NCBI GenBank assembly: GCA_026014735.1
Contig: JAOZHT010000004.1
Location: 93,321-157,320, forward strand
Direction: 5' to 3'
Origin: Candidatus Bathyarchaeota archaeon
Lineage (GTDB): Archaea; Thermoproteota; Bathyarchaeia; Bathyarchaeales; Bathycorpusculaceae
DNA length: 64,000 nucleotides
The position numbers and the translations under genes are program-made. Positions within the stretch are counted from its first letter, which is position 1. Each line of letters begins with the position of its first letter. The notes below the pieces were generated by a model, which saw only the letters and a list, made by a program, of their open reading frames with translations, had not been told where the DNA came from and did not search any database. Shown one piece after another: positions 1-9,065 of the stretch.

Positions 1-792
1 AGTCACTCCGATTACCCGGCCAGCATCCGCTATGGAGGCTTCAACGATTACCGAGGAGGAGGACGCTTCAGCGGAAGAGTCACGGTTTCGCTGATTATGG
101 CAGGCGTAGTCGCTAAGAAACTGTTGGGCAGATACAACATCGACGTGCTCGCTTACACCCAAGCCATCGGCCCCGTCAAGAGCCACAAAGACTTCACACC
201 GGCAGAAATCCGGCGGAACCGCAACGCCGCAGCCACACGCTGCCCGGATTTGGATTGCGCTGAGAAAATGCAGCAAGCCATCATCGCGGCTAAGGAAGCA
301 GGAGACAGCCTTGGTGGAGTCGTCGAATGCATAGCGCTTAATATGCCCCCCGGAGTAGGGGAACCGCTGTTTGATGCGTTGGATGCGGATTTGGCGAAGG
401 CACTGTTCTGTGTACCCGCGGTGAAGGGCGTTGAGTTCGGCGCTGGCTTTCACGCCACGGAGATAAGGGGCTCCGAGAATAACGATGCTTTTTTGGTTAA
501 AGGCGGCAAAGTGGTGACAGCAACCGGGAACGCAGGCGGCATACTTGGCGGCTTATCCAGCGGCATGCCGATTGTGGTACGCGTAGCCATCAAACCCACA
601 CCCTCTATCAGTAAGGAGCAGAAAACAGTTGATTTGACTTCGATGCAAGACACCAGCATAAGCGTCAAGGGCAGACATGACCCCTGCGTAGTACCTAAAG
701 CGGTGCCAGCAGTTGAAGCCGCAGTCGCAGTCACCTTAACGGATCACCTGATACGTTCAGGCGATATCCCAAAAACCCTAAGGGAGCAATAA
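1..792 (+). CDS. aroC: Chorismate synthase, C-terminal part (5' end lies outside the window)
   Basis: Frame 1 is open from base 1 (SHSDYPASIRYGGFNDYRGGGRFSGRVT...) and continuous with the 97..792 ORF. The GGILGGLSSG and KPTPSI..EQKT stretches are typical of chorismate synthase, and other aromatic-pathway genes follow. Confidence 0.9.
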   Translation, partial: SHSDYPASIRYGGFNDYRGGGRFSGRVTVSLIMAGVVAKKLLGRYNIDVLAYTQAIGPVKSHKDFTPAEIRRNRNAAATRCPDLDCAEKMQQAIIAAKEAGDSLGGVVECIALNMPPGVGEPLFDALDADLAKALFCVPAVKGVEFGAGFHATEIRGSENNDAFLVKGGKVVTATGNAGGILGGLSSGMPIVVRVAIKPTPSISKEQKTVDLTSMQDTSISVKGRHDPCVVPKAVPAVEAAVAVTLTDHLIRSGDIPKTLREQ

Positions 793-795
793 AAA

Positions 796-1056
796 ATGAG
801 TGAAATAACAGATTTAAGAGAAAAAATCGATGCAGTCGACGACCAAATTCTACGAGATATCTTGTTGCGCGTGAAAATCTGCCGGGCCATCGGCGAATTG
901 AAGAAGCAACAGGGCAAACCAGTCCATGACATCCATCGGGAAACCGAGGTTTTCCAGCGTGTCCGCGAAAGAGCGGAGCTTCTAAAGCTTGACCCCGATA
1001 GAATTGAGCGCATTTACCACGAAATAGTTAATATGTGCAGCACCGTTCAACACTGA
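796..1056 (+). CDS. Chorismate mutase (small AroQ-type)
   Basis: 86-aa all-helical protein. LREKIDAVDDQILRDILLRVKICRAIGELKK and RETEVFQRVRE match the AroQ chorismate mutase pattern. It starts 4 nt after the aroC stop. Confidence 0.8.
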   Translation: MSEITDLREKIDAVDDQILRDILLRVKICRAIGELKKQQGKPVHDIHRETEVFQRVRERAELLKLDPDRIERIYHEIVNMCSTVQH

Positions 1057-1090
1057 AGAATCCATCGCTCTCAACGGAGAGTTAGTTCCT

Positions 1091-2170
1091 ATGCTCTATG
1101 AAATAAACGAGAAAGCCTTGAAACTTGAAAGTGAAGGAAAAAAGATAATTCGCTTAAACCTCGGCGACCCAGACATGGCTACGCCCCCTGAAATCGTGGA
1201 AGCAGCCTACGCATCGATGAAGGCAGGCAACACCAAATACTCTTCCTCATATGGCGAGCTGCGGCTGCGGCAGAAAATCGCCCAGGTACACGGCGTCAAA
1301 CCCGAAAACGTCGTCATCACCCCCGGCTCGAAATGGGCAATCTTCTCCACTATGTTTCTAATGTTGAAGGGCGGCGGCAACGTGATTATCCCTACTCCTT
1401 ACTGGACAGCCTACGACTTAATCGCCAAGAGCTTCGGCGCCAACGTCAAGTTGCTGCGCACCGAAATGGAGACCGGCTGGAAAGTTGACCTCGATAAGCT
1501 TGAGGGCTTAATCGACGGCGAAACAAAGATGATCATACTCAACAACCCCACTAACCCCACCAGCAAAGTCATGGATAGCCAGACCCTTGACGGCATCGTT
1601 GAAGTCGCAAACAGAAAAGGCGTAACCGTCCTCTCCGACGAAGTTTACGGCGCCATCGCGTTTAAGAAAACCAAAAGCATCCTTGACTACGGCACCGACA
1701 CATCCCACATCCTCTCTAACGGCTTTAGCAAAACCTTCACGATGACGGGATGGCGCGTCGGCTACATAGTCGCCAACAAAGCCTTCGTCGACAAAGTCAC
1801 CAAACTCAACCAAATCACCTTCAACAACGTACCCGTCTTCATCCAGGACGCGGCGCTCAAGGGCCTAGAGTTGCATGCGCAAATCGCCAGCGGCATCAAA
1901 GCCAAATACAAGCAACGCGCCGACCTTGCAAGCAGAAAACTTGGGGCTGCAGGCTTCGAATTCACCGAGCCAGAAGCACCCTTCTACGTGTTCCCCCGCA
2001 AGAAGGGACTGGACGGCACAAAATTCACTCTTGACCTCCTCGACAGCGGCGTCGCTGTGGCTCCCGGCTCAAGCTTCGGCGATTACCCTGAGCATTTCCG
2101 CATCAGCTTAACCGCGCCAAACGACCAAATCGAGGCTGGTTTAGATAAAATATGCGAGGCAGCCCAATGA
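1091..2170 (+). CDS. Class I/II PLP-dependent aminotransferase (aspartate/aromatic type)
   Basis: Motifs NNPTNPTS, LSDEVY and the PLP-lysine motif GFSKTFTMTGWRVGY. It sits inside the aromatic amino-acid cluster. Confidence 0.85.
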   Translation: MLYEINEKALKLESEGKKIIRLNLGDPDMATPPEIVEAAYASMKAGNTKYSSSYGELRLRQKIAQVHGVKPENVVITPGSKWAIFSTMFLMLKGGGNVIIPTPYWTAYDLIAKSFGANVKLLRTEMETGWKVDLDKLEGLIDGETKMIILNNPTNPTSKVMDSQTLDGIVEVANRKGVTVLSDEVYGAIAFKKTKSILDYGTDTSHILSNGFSKTFTMTGWRVGYIVANKAFVDKVTKLNQITFNNVPVFIQDAALKGLELHAQIASGIKAKYKQRADLASRKLGAAGFEFTEPEAPFYVFPRKKGLDGTKFTLDLLDSGVAVAPGSSFGDYPEHFRISLTAPNDQIEAGLDKICEAAQ

Positions 2171-3039
2171 GAACCGCGGTGCTTGGCGCGGGAAAAATGG
2201 GTGTTTGGTTCGCGAAGTGGTGTAGGGACAACGGCGACGTAGTTGTGGTTGCCGACCGAAAACCAGAGAAGCTGGCAAAGCTGAAAGACGAGTTGGGCGT
2301 CGAAGTTGCCGATTTCCCAGCCGCAGTTAAGGGCGCTGACCGAGTCCTCATCTGCGTATCCATCTCTTCTTTTGAGGAAATCGTCAAGAAAATCGCGTCG
2401 TCCATTCATAGGGGGCAGCCAGTTATGGATATCTGCTCCATCAAAGAATACCCCGTGGAAATAATGCACCGCTACCTCAAGGATGCCCTGGTGCTTGGGA
2501 CACACCCCGTTTTTGGCCCCGGCAGCAGCGGCGTAGCCCACAAAGCCTTCGTGCTTACCCCGACAGGTCCCCAAGAAGAAGCCTACGCTGAGGAATTTAA
2601 GAGGTGGCTGGAGAAACAGCAAGCCCACGTCTTTGTTATGCCCCCCAAAAAGCATGATGAATTAATGGCGGTTGTTTTGGGGTTCCCGCATTTTTTGGGG
2701 TTAGCTGCCTGCGAAACCCTCCTTGAGCAGCCCGCCTACGGGGAATCCAAGCAGCTTGCAGGCACCACTTACCGCATGCTCTTCACTTTGGCGGAGGCCA
2801 CAGCGCTGGAGACTCCGGATCTCTACGCTAATATCCAGACTAAGCTTGCGGGAGTGGATAAAATCGAGGAGCGCTTCATCGCCAACGCCGAGGGGTGGCT
2901 TGAGCTTATGAAAAAGAAGGATTCCGCCGCCATAATCGAGCGCATGGGCAAGCTCCGAGCTAAACTCGAGAAAGCCGACGGTGACTACGGTAAAAGTTAT
3001 GAAGTTATGTATAAGATGCTTCAATCAACTGAGGAATAA
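2167..3039 (+). CDS. tyrA: Prephenate dehydrogenase
   Basis: N-terminal Rossmann motif VLGAGKMG. The D.CS.K..P, HPVFGP and helical C-terminal domain pattern fit prephenate dehydrogenase. The ATG at 2167 overlaps the upstream stop as ATGA, so I prefer it to the 2152 start in the ORF track. Confidence 0.8.
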   Translation: MRTAVLGAGKMGVWFAKWCRDNGDVVVVADRKPEKLAKLKDELGVEVADFPAAVKGADRVLICVSISSFEEIVKKIASSIHRGQPVMDICSIKEYPVEIMHRYLKDALVLGTHPVFGPGSSGVAHKAFVLTPTGPQEEAYAEEFKRWLEKQQAHVFVMPPKKHDELMAVVLGFPHFLGLAACETLLEQPAYGESKQLAGTTYRMLFTLAEATALETPDLYANIQTKLAGVDKIEERFIANAEGWLELMKKKDSAAIIERMGKLRAKLEKADGDYGKSYEVMYKMLQSTEE

Positions 3040-3041
3040 AC

Positions 3042-3674
3042 ATGACTAAAACCCTGCTTGTAAACTGCTACCTTGACGGCAACAAAATCAACCCCTTAGC
3101 CGACGCCCTAAACAAGTTCACTGTCTGCAAAATCGTGCCCTACACCAAAATCGAGAAGGACTACCAAGTCGGCGTTGACATGGCAGCGGTGGTTATCAGC
3201 GGCTCAGAAGCCCGAATCACAAACCCCAAGGATAAAGCCAAATTCGACGGTGTAGAGGCCCTTATTGAGGGCTGCGAGGTGCCGCTGCTTGGCATCTGCT
3301 TTGGCCACCAGCTAATGTGCCGCACGTTTGGGGCGCAAACCGCCACGTTGCCCCAGCCAGTTCTTGACCGCTTCGAGCAAGTCAACATCGTCCAGACAGG
3401 CGATATCTTATCGAGGTTCCGCAGAGGCCAAAGCGTTCCCCTCGCCGAGTACCATAACGACTACGTCGTCAAAAGCAGCCTGGATGATGCAGGGCTAAAT
3501 TTGATTGCGGATTCCCATAGCTGCGAAGTCGAAGCCGTCAAACACAAAGGCAAGCTGTTCTTCGGCGTTCAGTTCCACCCCGAACGCATCGCAATCGGAA
3601 ACGAAACGCATCCTGAGGGGCACCGAATTCTTGACAACTTTTACGCCAACAACGTCAAGCGCCTAGGCATCTAA
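3042..3674 (+). CDS. Class I glutamine amidotransferase-like protein
   Basis: Catalytic triad context LLGICFGHQLM (Cys nucleophile) and VQFHPE (His/Glu). It starts 2 nt after the tyrA stop. The partner synthase is unknown. Confidence 0.75.
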   Translation: MTKTLLVNCYLDGNKINPLADALNKFTVCKIVPYTKIEKDYQVGVDMAAVVISGSEARITNPKDKAKFDGVEALIEGCEVPLLGICFGHQLMCRTFGAQTATLPQPVLDRFEQVNIVQTGDILSRFRRGQSVPLAEYHNDYVVKSSLDDAGLNLIADSHSCEVEAVKHKGKLFFGVQFHPERIAIGNETHPEGHRILDNFYANNVKRLGI

Positions 3675-3771
3675 CCTGCCCCCACTGTTTAGCAGTACCT
3701 CAAAATCTCCTGCCTTAAGTGATGATTGCTTTTTCTATAGTTGCTGTGGGGACCCCCCCTTTACACAACAA

Positions 3772-3808
3772 CAACCTGCGGGTTTGGCTTGCGGTTGCTT
3801 TTTTGTTT
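3772..3808 (+). terminator. Putative transcription terminator of the aro operon (imperfect hairpin followed by T6GTTT)
   Basis: CAACC(T)GC ... GCGGTTG imperfect stem followed by CTTTTTTGTTT, about 100 nt downstream of the GATase stop. Oligo-T tracts are the known archaeal termination signal. Confidence 0.35.
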
Positions 3809-4115
3809 CTACGTTTGCATTGGGTTGCCTGCTGGTTGTGGCGTTTTCCACAAGCAGAACCGCGAAATCCCTGAGTTACTGTTAGAGCGGGCTAAGCCGC
3901 CAAAACTCTCAAGATGAGGGAGCCGGTCAGCTGCCCGGCGCCAGCCAGCGATGGAAAGCCCCGCCAGTTTATAAGCAAACCATTTGATTAATTTTTTAAG
4001 CCATATTTTTTTGATAGTTGATCCCACATTAGCAGGTTTGCTTTCGAACTTGTCTCATTGATGCTGGCGGTTTATGCGTAATATCTAATTACCACCACGC
4101 CAGAGCATAACTAAC

Positions 4116-4571
4116 ATGTCCGAAACTGAAACCTGCGCGCGATGCGGCAAAACACTCGAATGGCACGAGCGGAAGATGGTGTTCTGGAACAAGCACCTCA
4201 AAAAAGGCTACATACGCTGGTACGTCATCGGCTCGCGTGAATGGGGGAGCCGCAAGGATTTTCCTCAGTACATGGGCAAGAAGCTCTGTCAGGTCTGCGC
4301 GCATGAAGTGTTCACGGGCGAAAACTACACATCTGCAGAACCCCAGCAGGAACCACAGGCTTCGCTGCCCTCCGACGAATCCATAGCGGATTTTACTGCG
4401 CTTTGGGCTTTGCTTGATAAGCAAGAAGTGGTGGGGTCGGCGTTTAAATGCCCCAAATGCAGCGGCATGCTTGAAATCCCCAAGAAAGGCAAGCTGCTCA
4501 TCTGCAGTCACTGCGGCGAACCCATCAAACCCGCGGACATATACGAAAAAATCAAGCCCCTCCTGGAATAG
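4116..4571 (+). CDS. Hypothetical protein with two zinc-ribbon-like CxxC pairs
   Basis: CARCGK...CQVC in the N-terminal half and CPKCSG...CSHCGE in the C-terminal half. I recognise no other family. Confidence 0.55.
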   Translation: MSETETCARCGKTLEWHERKMVFWNKHLKKGYIRWYVIGSREWGSRKDFPQYMGKKLCQVCAHEVFTGENYTSAEPQQEPQASLPSDESIADFTALWALLDKQEVVGSAFKCPKCSGMLEIPKKGKLLICSHCGEPIKPADIYEKIKPLLE

Positions 4572-4656
4572 TAGATCAAAATTGTTTGTTTTGCAATTTT
4601 GTCCTATTAAATGTGCAACTGCTTTCTTCTATAAAATTGAACTGGTTTAGGAATTT

Positions 4657-5127
4657 TTATATTAAACTCAGAAACTGCTCTCTGTAGCATCGAATTTTCT
4701 CGCTATTCATCTTTGCTATAAAATCAAAAAGGCACCTGTTATAGTCTTCCGCGGTCTCTATCACGTATTGGGCGTCATCTCTTGTTATGTTGAAATCAAC
4801 GTAGTATTGCTTGTCAATTCTCTCTTTTCTCACAAACGAAATATCCCTGTCCTCTAAGTCAAAGACCGATTTTAACAGCAATATTGCTGCGGTGTGGTTT
4901 TCGCATTTTATACCGACTTGAAACAGTAGTGCAGTCAGCATGTTATACATACTGTAGTAGGCTAAACCGACTGCTTCTTCCAACCGCTGGTTATCCAACA
5001 GAATCTTTGCGGAGATAAGATTACTCTCCGATTTTGACAGATATGACTCTTTAATGGCGTCACTTGGTGAGACAAGCTGCAACTTGCCTTCTTTGTGGAG
5101 CTTAGTCAAAAAACCGATTTTTTTCAT
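4657..5127 (-). CDS. HEPN domain protein (toxin-like partner of the adjacent nucleotidyltransferase)
   Basis: 156-aa helical protein with an HEPN-like layout (A..LL....LEEAVGLAYYSMYNMLTALLFQVGIKCENHTAAI ... RKERIDKQYY). It overlaps the upstream MNT gene by 26 nt, the classic HEPN/MNT arrangement. Confidence 0.7.
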   Translation of the reverse strand: MKKIGFLTKLHKEGKLQLVSPSDAIKESYLSKSESNLISAKILLDNQRLEEAVGLAYYSMYNMLTALLFQVGIKCENHTAAILLLKSVFDLEDRDISFVRKERIDKQYYVDFNITRDDAQYVIETAEDYNRCLFDFIAKMNSEKIRCYREQFLSLI

Positions 5128-5659
5128 AGAACTTTTCGACGCCCTTTAGCACAACATGGCTTTTTTCAATCTCCCTAATCAATGCTGACTCTTTTTGGTA
5201 GGTGCCTATTTTTAAGCTTAACCTAGAATCAGTCCTCGCCAACTCATCTCTTAGAGCCTTGTCTTGGGTTTCTATGAAAATATCAATGTCGCTTCCTTTG
5301 TCGGCAGTGTACTTTGCGTATGACCCGAAAATAACCGCTAACTGGACTCTTTGGTCATTTTCAAGTTTCTCGATGATTGCCCTTAGCGATGGATACTTCT
5401 CTATGGTTTGTAGCTTTTTGTAGTATTCAGCCATATGCACATGGCACTTTGCCTCTACGGTTTTTTTTAGGAAGTATGTTTTGTTTTTTCCTTCTTGGAG
5501 AAAGTCGACTACGTTTGAGTCAAGTAGCTCGCGCATTTTTCGTACTATGATCATGTGGTTTGTGCCCAGTTTGTTGGCGATCGCGCGTATGTGGTTTTTT
5601 TCTTGGAGGAGGGTGAGTACTATCTCGAATTTGTAATCTTTTTGTTCCATATGTAACAT
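5102..5659 (-). CDS. Minimal nucleotidyltransferase (MNT) with N-terminal winged-HTH
   Basis: Pol-beta-type NTase motif IFGSYAKYTADKGSDIDIFIE (GS...SD.D). The N-terminal HIRAIANKLGTNHMIIVRKMRELLDSNVV is HTH-like. The start could instead be the ATG at 5650. Confidence 0.8.
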   Translation of the reverse strand: MLHMEQKDYKFEIVLTLLQEKNHIRAIANKLGTNHMIIVRKMRELLDSNVVDFLQEGKNKTYFLKKTVEAKCHVHMAEYYKKLQTIEKYPSLRAIIEKLENDQRVQLAVIFGSYAKYTADKGSDIDIFIETQDKALRDELARTDSRLSLKIGTYQKESALIREIEKSHVVLKGVEKFYEKNRFFD

Positions 5660-5693
5660 TTATGTTACAATACAATTTAAGGTTACCTATAAA

Positions 5694-6506
5694 CTAGATA
5701 ACGCGAGGGTAAGAGCCAAGAATTTTCACAAACGTCGCATATTTCTCCAGCGCCGATAGCGCCTCAGCGCAGCGCTTCTCGGTTCGGTGCCCCTCGAAGT
5801 CAAGGTAAAAGTTGTATTGCCACGCGGTGGTTTTGGTGGGGCGCGATTCGATGCGGCTAAGGTTAATGTTTCGGGACGCAAACTCGCCCAGTGCATGGTA
5901 GAGGGTTCCGGGTTCATGCTTAGCACTGAAGATGATGCTGGTTTTGTCGTCTCCTGTGGGAGCTGCGTCTTCGGTTCCCAGCACAAGAAAGCGGGTGTAG
6001 TTGCTGGGGTTGTCGGCGATGTCGCGGGCGAGGATTTTCATGCCGTAGAGGTCCGCGGCTTTCTCCGATGCGATGGCTGCAGCGTCGGTTAAGTGGTCTT
6101 CCTTGATGATTTTAACTGCGCCTGCGGTGTCGTAGGCGGGGATAACTTGCCACTGCTGCTTTTCGAGGTAGCGGCGGCACTGCGCCAGCGCCTGCGGATG
6201 CGAATAAACGGTTTTTACGGCGTCAAGCCTGGTGTCGGGGTTACCGATGAGGACATGGGCAAGCTTCACGGCGACTTCCCCGCAGACTTTAAGGTCGTAG
6301 GCGAGGAAGAGATCGTAGTTCTGGTTGACGCTGCCCTCAATGGAGTTCTCGATAGGCACCACGCCATGCGGCACGGAGCCTGACTTGACAGATTCAAAGA
6401 CATCCCGAAAGTCCCTGCAGGGCACAGGCTCGGTTTTGGCGCCGAAGAACTTGTAAACCGCCATCTCGCTGTAAGCGCCGCTTTCGCCCTGATAGGTTAC
6501 CTTCAT
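5694..6506 (-). CDS. pheA: Prephenate dehydratase with C-terminal ACT domain
   Basis: YQGESGAYSE, VPIENSIEGSV, SHPQALAQC, NYTRFLVLG and the ACT-like tail (PGTLYHALGEFASRNINLSRIESRP) are characteristic. The start overlaps the leuA stop (ATGA). Confidence 0.9.
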   Translation of the reverse strand: MKVTYQGESGAYSEMAVYKFFGAKTEPVPCRDFRDVFESVKSGSVPHGVVPIENSIEGSVNQNYDLFLAYDLKVCGEVAVKLAHVLIGNPDTRLDAVKTVYSHPQALAQCRRYLEKQQWQVIPAYDTAGAVKIIKEDHLTDAAAIASEKAADLYGMKILARDIADNPSNYTRFLVLGTEDAAPTGDDKTSIIFSAKHEPGTLYHALGEFASRNINLSRIESRPTKTTAWQYNFYLDFEGHRTEKRCAEALSALEKYATFVKILGSYPRVI

Positions 6507-8020
6507 TGCTTCTTAACCTGACTACGATTCTTAAGTAGGCACTTGTTTATACCGTTTATCATTGCTTCAACCGACGCCATAACGATGTCTTCTCTGGCGG
6601 CGCGTGCAGATACGATGTTGCCTTTTTCGTCCTCGACTTTTATGATGACTTCTGCAACTGCGTTGGAGCCGCCGGTGATGGCTTCCAAGCGGTATTCGCT
6701 GAGTCGGATCTTCTCGAGGTTGCTGGTTAACTTCTGGATGGCTTTGAGCACTGCATCGACGGGGCCAACGCCGGTTTCTGCGGCAACATATTCCTTTCCG
6801 TCCAGCATCAACCGCACCGAAGCCGTCGGGATAACTTTTATGCCCGTGACAACAGCCATATCGCAGAGGTCCACGATTCTCTTTTCCCCACCCACTTCAC
6901 CCATAACCGCCGAAGTTAACGCGATGAGGTCGGCGTCGGTCACCATTTTGCCTTTGTCACCCAGTTCCTTGACGCGCTTAACGATTTCGGCAAGCTGTTC
7001 CCCGCTGGGGTTGATGCCGATTTCCGCTAGCTCCGCCTGGATGCCGCGTGTCCCCGCCAGTTTGCCCGCGACGAGTTTGCGGGTTCTGCCGACGAGTTCA
7101 GGGCTGATGGGTTCAAAGGTGAGGGGCTGCTCGGTTACGCCTCGGGTGTGGATGCCAGATTCGTGGGCGAATGCGTTTTCGCCGACTATGGCTTTGTTAA
7201 CCTGCACGTTTATGCCTGTCAACGAGGAAACCATGCGGCTGGTGCTGTAGAGCAACCTTGTGTTCACGTTGGTTTTGTAGTTGTAGACCACATGCAGGGT
7301 GGTGACGATTTCTTCCAGCGCCGCGTTGCCTGCGCGTTCGCCAAGTCCGTTGACTGCTGTGTGGATTTGATCGGCTCCTGCTTCAACTGCTGCCAGACTG
7401 TTGGCTGTTGCTAAGCCGAAGTCGTTGTGGCAGTGAGCGCTGACTGGAACCTTGATGTAGCTCTTTAGCTCCTTGAAGAACTCAAAAGTTGTTTTGGGGA
7501 TCATGCAGCCGACTGTGTCTGGCGTGTTTAGGCTGTCCATTCCTGCATCCTGTGCGGCTAAACAGATTTGGCGCAGAAAAGGCTTTTCGGTGCGTGTAGC
7601 GTCCATGGGTGAAAATTCGCATTTCACCCCATGCTTCTTGACGTATTCGATTGAGTCTACGGCGGCTGCTTGAACCTGCTCAGGCGTCATGTTGACGGCG
7701 TGCTTCATCTGAACAGGCGAGGTGGGTATGAACACGTGAATCAGGTCAACGTCACATCCTAACGCCGCGTCGATGTCTTTTCTTGTGCATCGGGATAGCG
7801 CGCAGATTTTCGAGGTTAAACCCAGCTTTGCGATTTCTTTGACGACTTTGCGTTCGCCCTCTGAGCTGCTGGGGAAACCTGCCTCGATTATGTCGACGCC
7901 CAACAGGCTGAGCTGGCGAGCGATTTCGATTTTGTCTTCAGAAGTTAAAGAAACACCGGGGGTTTGTTCCCCGTCTCGTAGTGTGGTATCCAATATGCGG
8001 ATAGTTCGGTTTTCAGTCAT
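6503..8020 (-). CDS. leuA: 2-isopropylmalate synthase / (R)-citramalate synthase family enzyme
   Basis: LDTTLRDGEQTPGV, HCHNDFGLATANSLAAVEAGA and ESGIH motifs, plus a C-terminal LeuA-dimer regulatory domain. LeuA and CimA cannot be told apart by eye. Confidence 0.85.
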   Translation of the reverse strand: MTENRTIRILDTTLRDGEQTPGVSLTSEDKIEIARQLSLLGVDIIEAGFPSSSEGERKVVKEIAKLGLTSKICALSRCTRKDIDAALGCDVDLIHVFIPTSPVQMKHAVNMTPEQVQAAAVDSIEYVKKHGVKCEFSPMDATRTEKPFLRQICLAAQDAGMDSLNTPDTVGCMIPKTTFEFFKELKSYIKVPVSAHCHNDFGLATANSLAAVEAGADQIHTAVNGLGERAGNAALEEIVTTLHVVYNYKTNVNTRLLYSTSRMVSSLTGINVQVNKAIVGENAFAHESGIHTRGVTEQPLTFEPISPELVGRTRKLVAGKLAGTRGIQAELAEIGINPSGEQLAEIVKRVKELGDKGKMVTDADLIALTSAVMGEVGGEKRIVDLCDMAVVTGIKVIPTASVRLMLDGKEYVAAETGVGPVDAVLKAIQKLTSNLEKIRLSEYRLEAITGGSNAVAEVIIKVEDEKGNIVSARAAREDIVMASVEAMINGINKCLLKNRSQVKKQ

Positions 8021-8030
8021 AGCGACACGA

Positions 8031-9065
8031 CTATTTGCCTGCAGGCATAGCTGCGGCTATAGCCTCGGCCATTCCCACGGTCGTGGCTTTTCCGCCTAAG
8101 TCTGAAACGCCCTGACGGTTTTCCAGCACATAGACTACGCCCTGTTCTATGGCGGAGGCTGCTTTAATGCATTTTTGGTCCTGGTACTTCTCGCCTAGCC
8201 AATCCAGCATCAGCTTTGCCGAAAGCACCATGGAAAGCGGGTTGGCGGTGTGTTTGCCTGCGCGGTTAGGGGCGCTGCCGTGGATGGGTTCGAATAAGCC
8301 GAAGTTGTCGCCTACGTTTGCGCCTGGAGCCATGCCTAAGCCGCCGACAAGTTGTGCAGCTTCATCGCTGAGGATGTCGCCGAACATGTTGCATGTGCAG
8401 AGCACATCGAAGCTTTCGGGTTCTTTGATGAGGCGCATCGACGCTGCGTCTACGTAAAGTTCGTTAAATGCGATGTCTGGGTAGCCTTTGGCGACTTCGC
8501 GGCATACATCACGGAACAGGCCGTCGGTGACACGCATAACATTGGCTTTGTGTATAGCAGTGACTTTCTTTTTGCCGTTGCGTAGCCTTGCAATCTCGAA
8601 GGCTTTCTTGGCAATGCGGGTGCTGTTCTGCCGCGTGATAACGCGTAGACACAGGGTGGTATCGTTGCCGATGGTGAATTCTAAGCCCTTATAGACGTCT
8701 TCGGTGTTTTCGCGTACAAACATCATGTCGATGTTTGGTCGTGCAGCCTCAACTGCAGGGTAAGTTTTGATTGGACGCAGGTTAGCATAGAGGTCAAAGA
8801 TGTAGCGGAGCTTAACGATAACGTCTGCGGCGGATTCGCCCACTGGGCCCTTCATGCAGGCGTGGCTGCCCTTGATGGTTTCCACGGTCGCTGCAGGAAG
8901 TGCGGCGCCGAGTGTTTCAAGGGCGATGTCGCCTGCTGGGCACTCCAATATTTTGAATTTTAAACCAAACTTTTTCTCAGATGCCTGTAGCACTTTCAGC
9001 GTGGCTTCGGATAGTTCAGGACCGATGCCGTCGCCGGGAATTAAGGATATTTTGTATTCGGTCAT
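8031..9065 (-). CDS. leuB: 3-isopropylmalate dehydrogenase (isocitrate/isopropylmalate DH family)
   Basis: IPGDGIGPE, RENTEDVY, NMFGDILSDEAAQLVGGLGMAPGAN and EPIHGSAP motifs. It lies in the leu gene string. Confidence 0.9.
   Translation of the reverse strand: MTEYKISLIPGDGIGPELSEATLKVLQASEKKFGLKFKILECPAGDIALETLGAALPAATVETIKGSHACMKGPVGESAADVIVKLRYIFDLYANLRPIKTYPAVEAARPNIDMMFVRENTEDVYKGLEFTIGNDTTLCLRVITRQNSTRIAKKAFEIARLRNGKKKVTAIHKANVMRVTDGLFRDVCREVAKGYPDIAFNELYVDAASMRLIKEPESFDVLCTCNMFGDILSDEAAQLVGGLGMAPGANVGDNFGLFEPIHGSAPNRAGKHTANPLSMVLSAKLMLDWLGEKYQDQKCIKAASAIEQGVVYVLENRQGVSDLGGKATTVGMAEAIAAAMPAGK

Noticed and set aside
2083-2655. 190-aa minus-strand ORF, and similar long antisense ORFs (e.g. 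6543-7250, 10965-11459, 12124-12576, 26951-27448, 27778-28371, 32300-32890, 33174-33635, 60236-60730)
   Set aside because: All are embedded antisense in strongly recognisable biosynthetic genes and have low-complexity or stop-free-by-chance character. I treated them as shadow ORFs.
3719-3725. C-box-like GTGATGA that could mark a C/D-box sRNA
   Set aside because: There is no CTGA D or D' box at the expected 12-nt guide spacing downstream and no terminal stem.
3809-4027. 72-aa GTG-started minus-strand ORF, and a GGAAAGCCCCGCC string vaguely like the RNase P RNA CR-I box (GGAAAGUCC)
   Set aside because: The ORF has no SD, no motif, and odd composition. The RNase-P-like string lacks the invariant U, the complementary P4 strand is not in the right order, and the region is too short for RNase P RNA.
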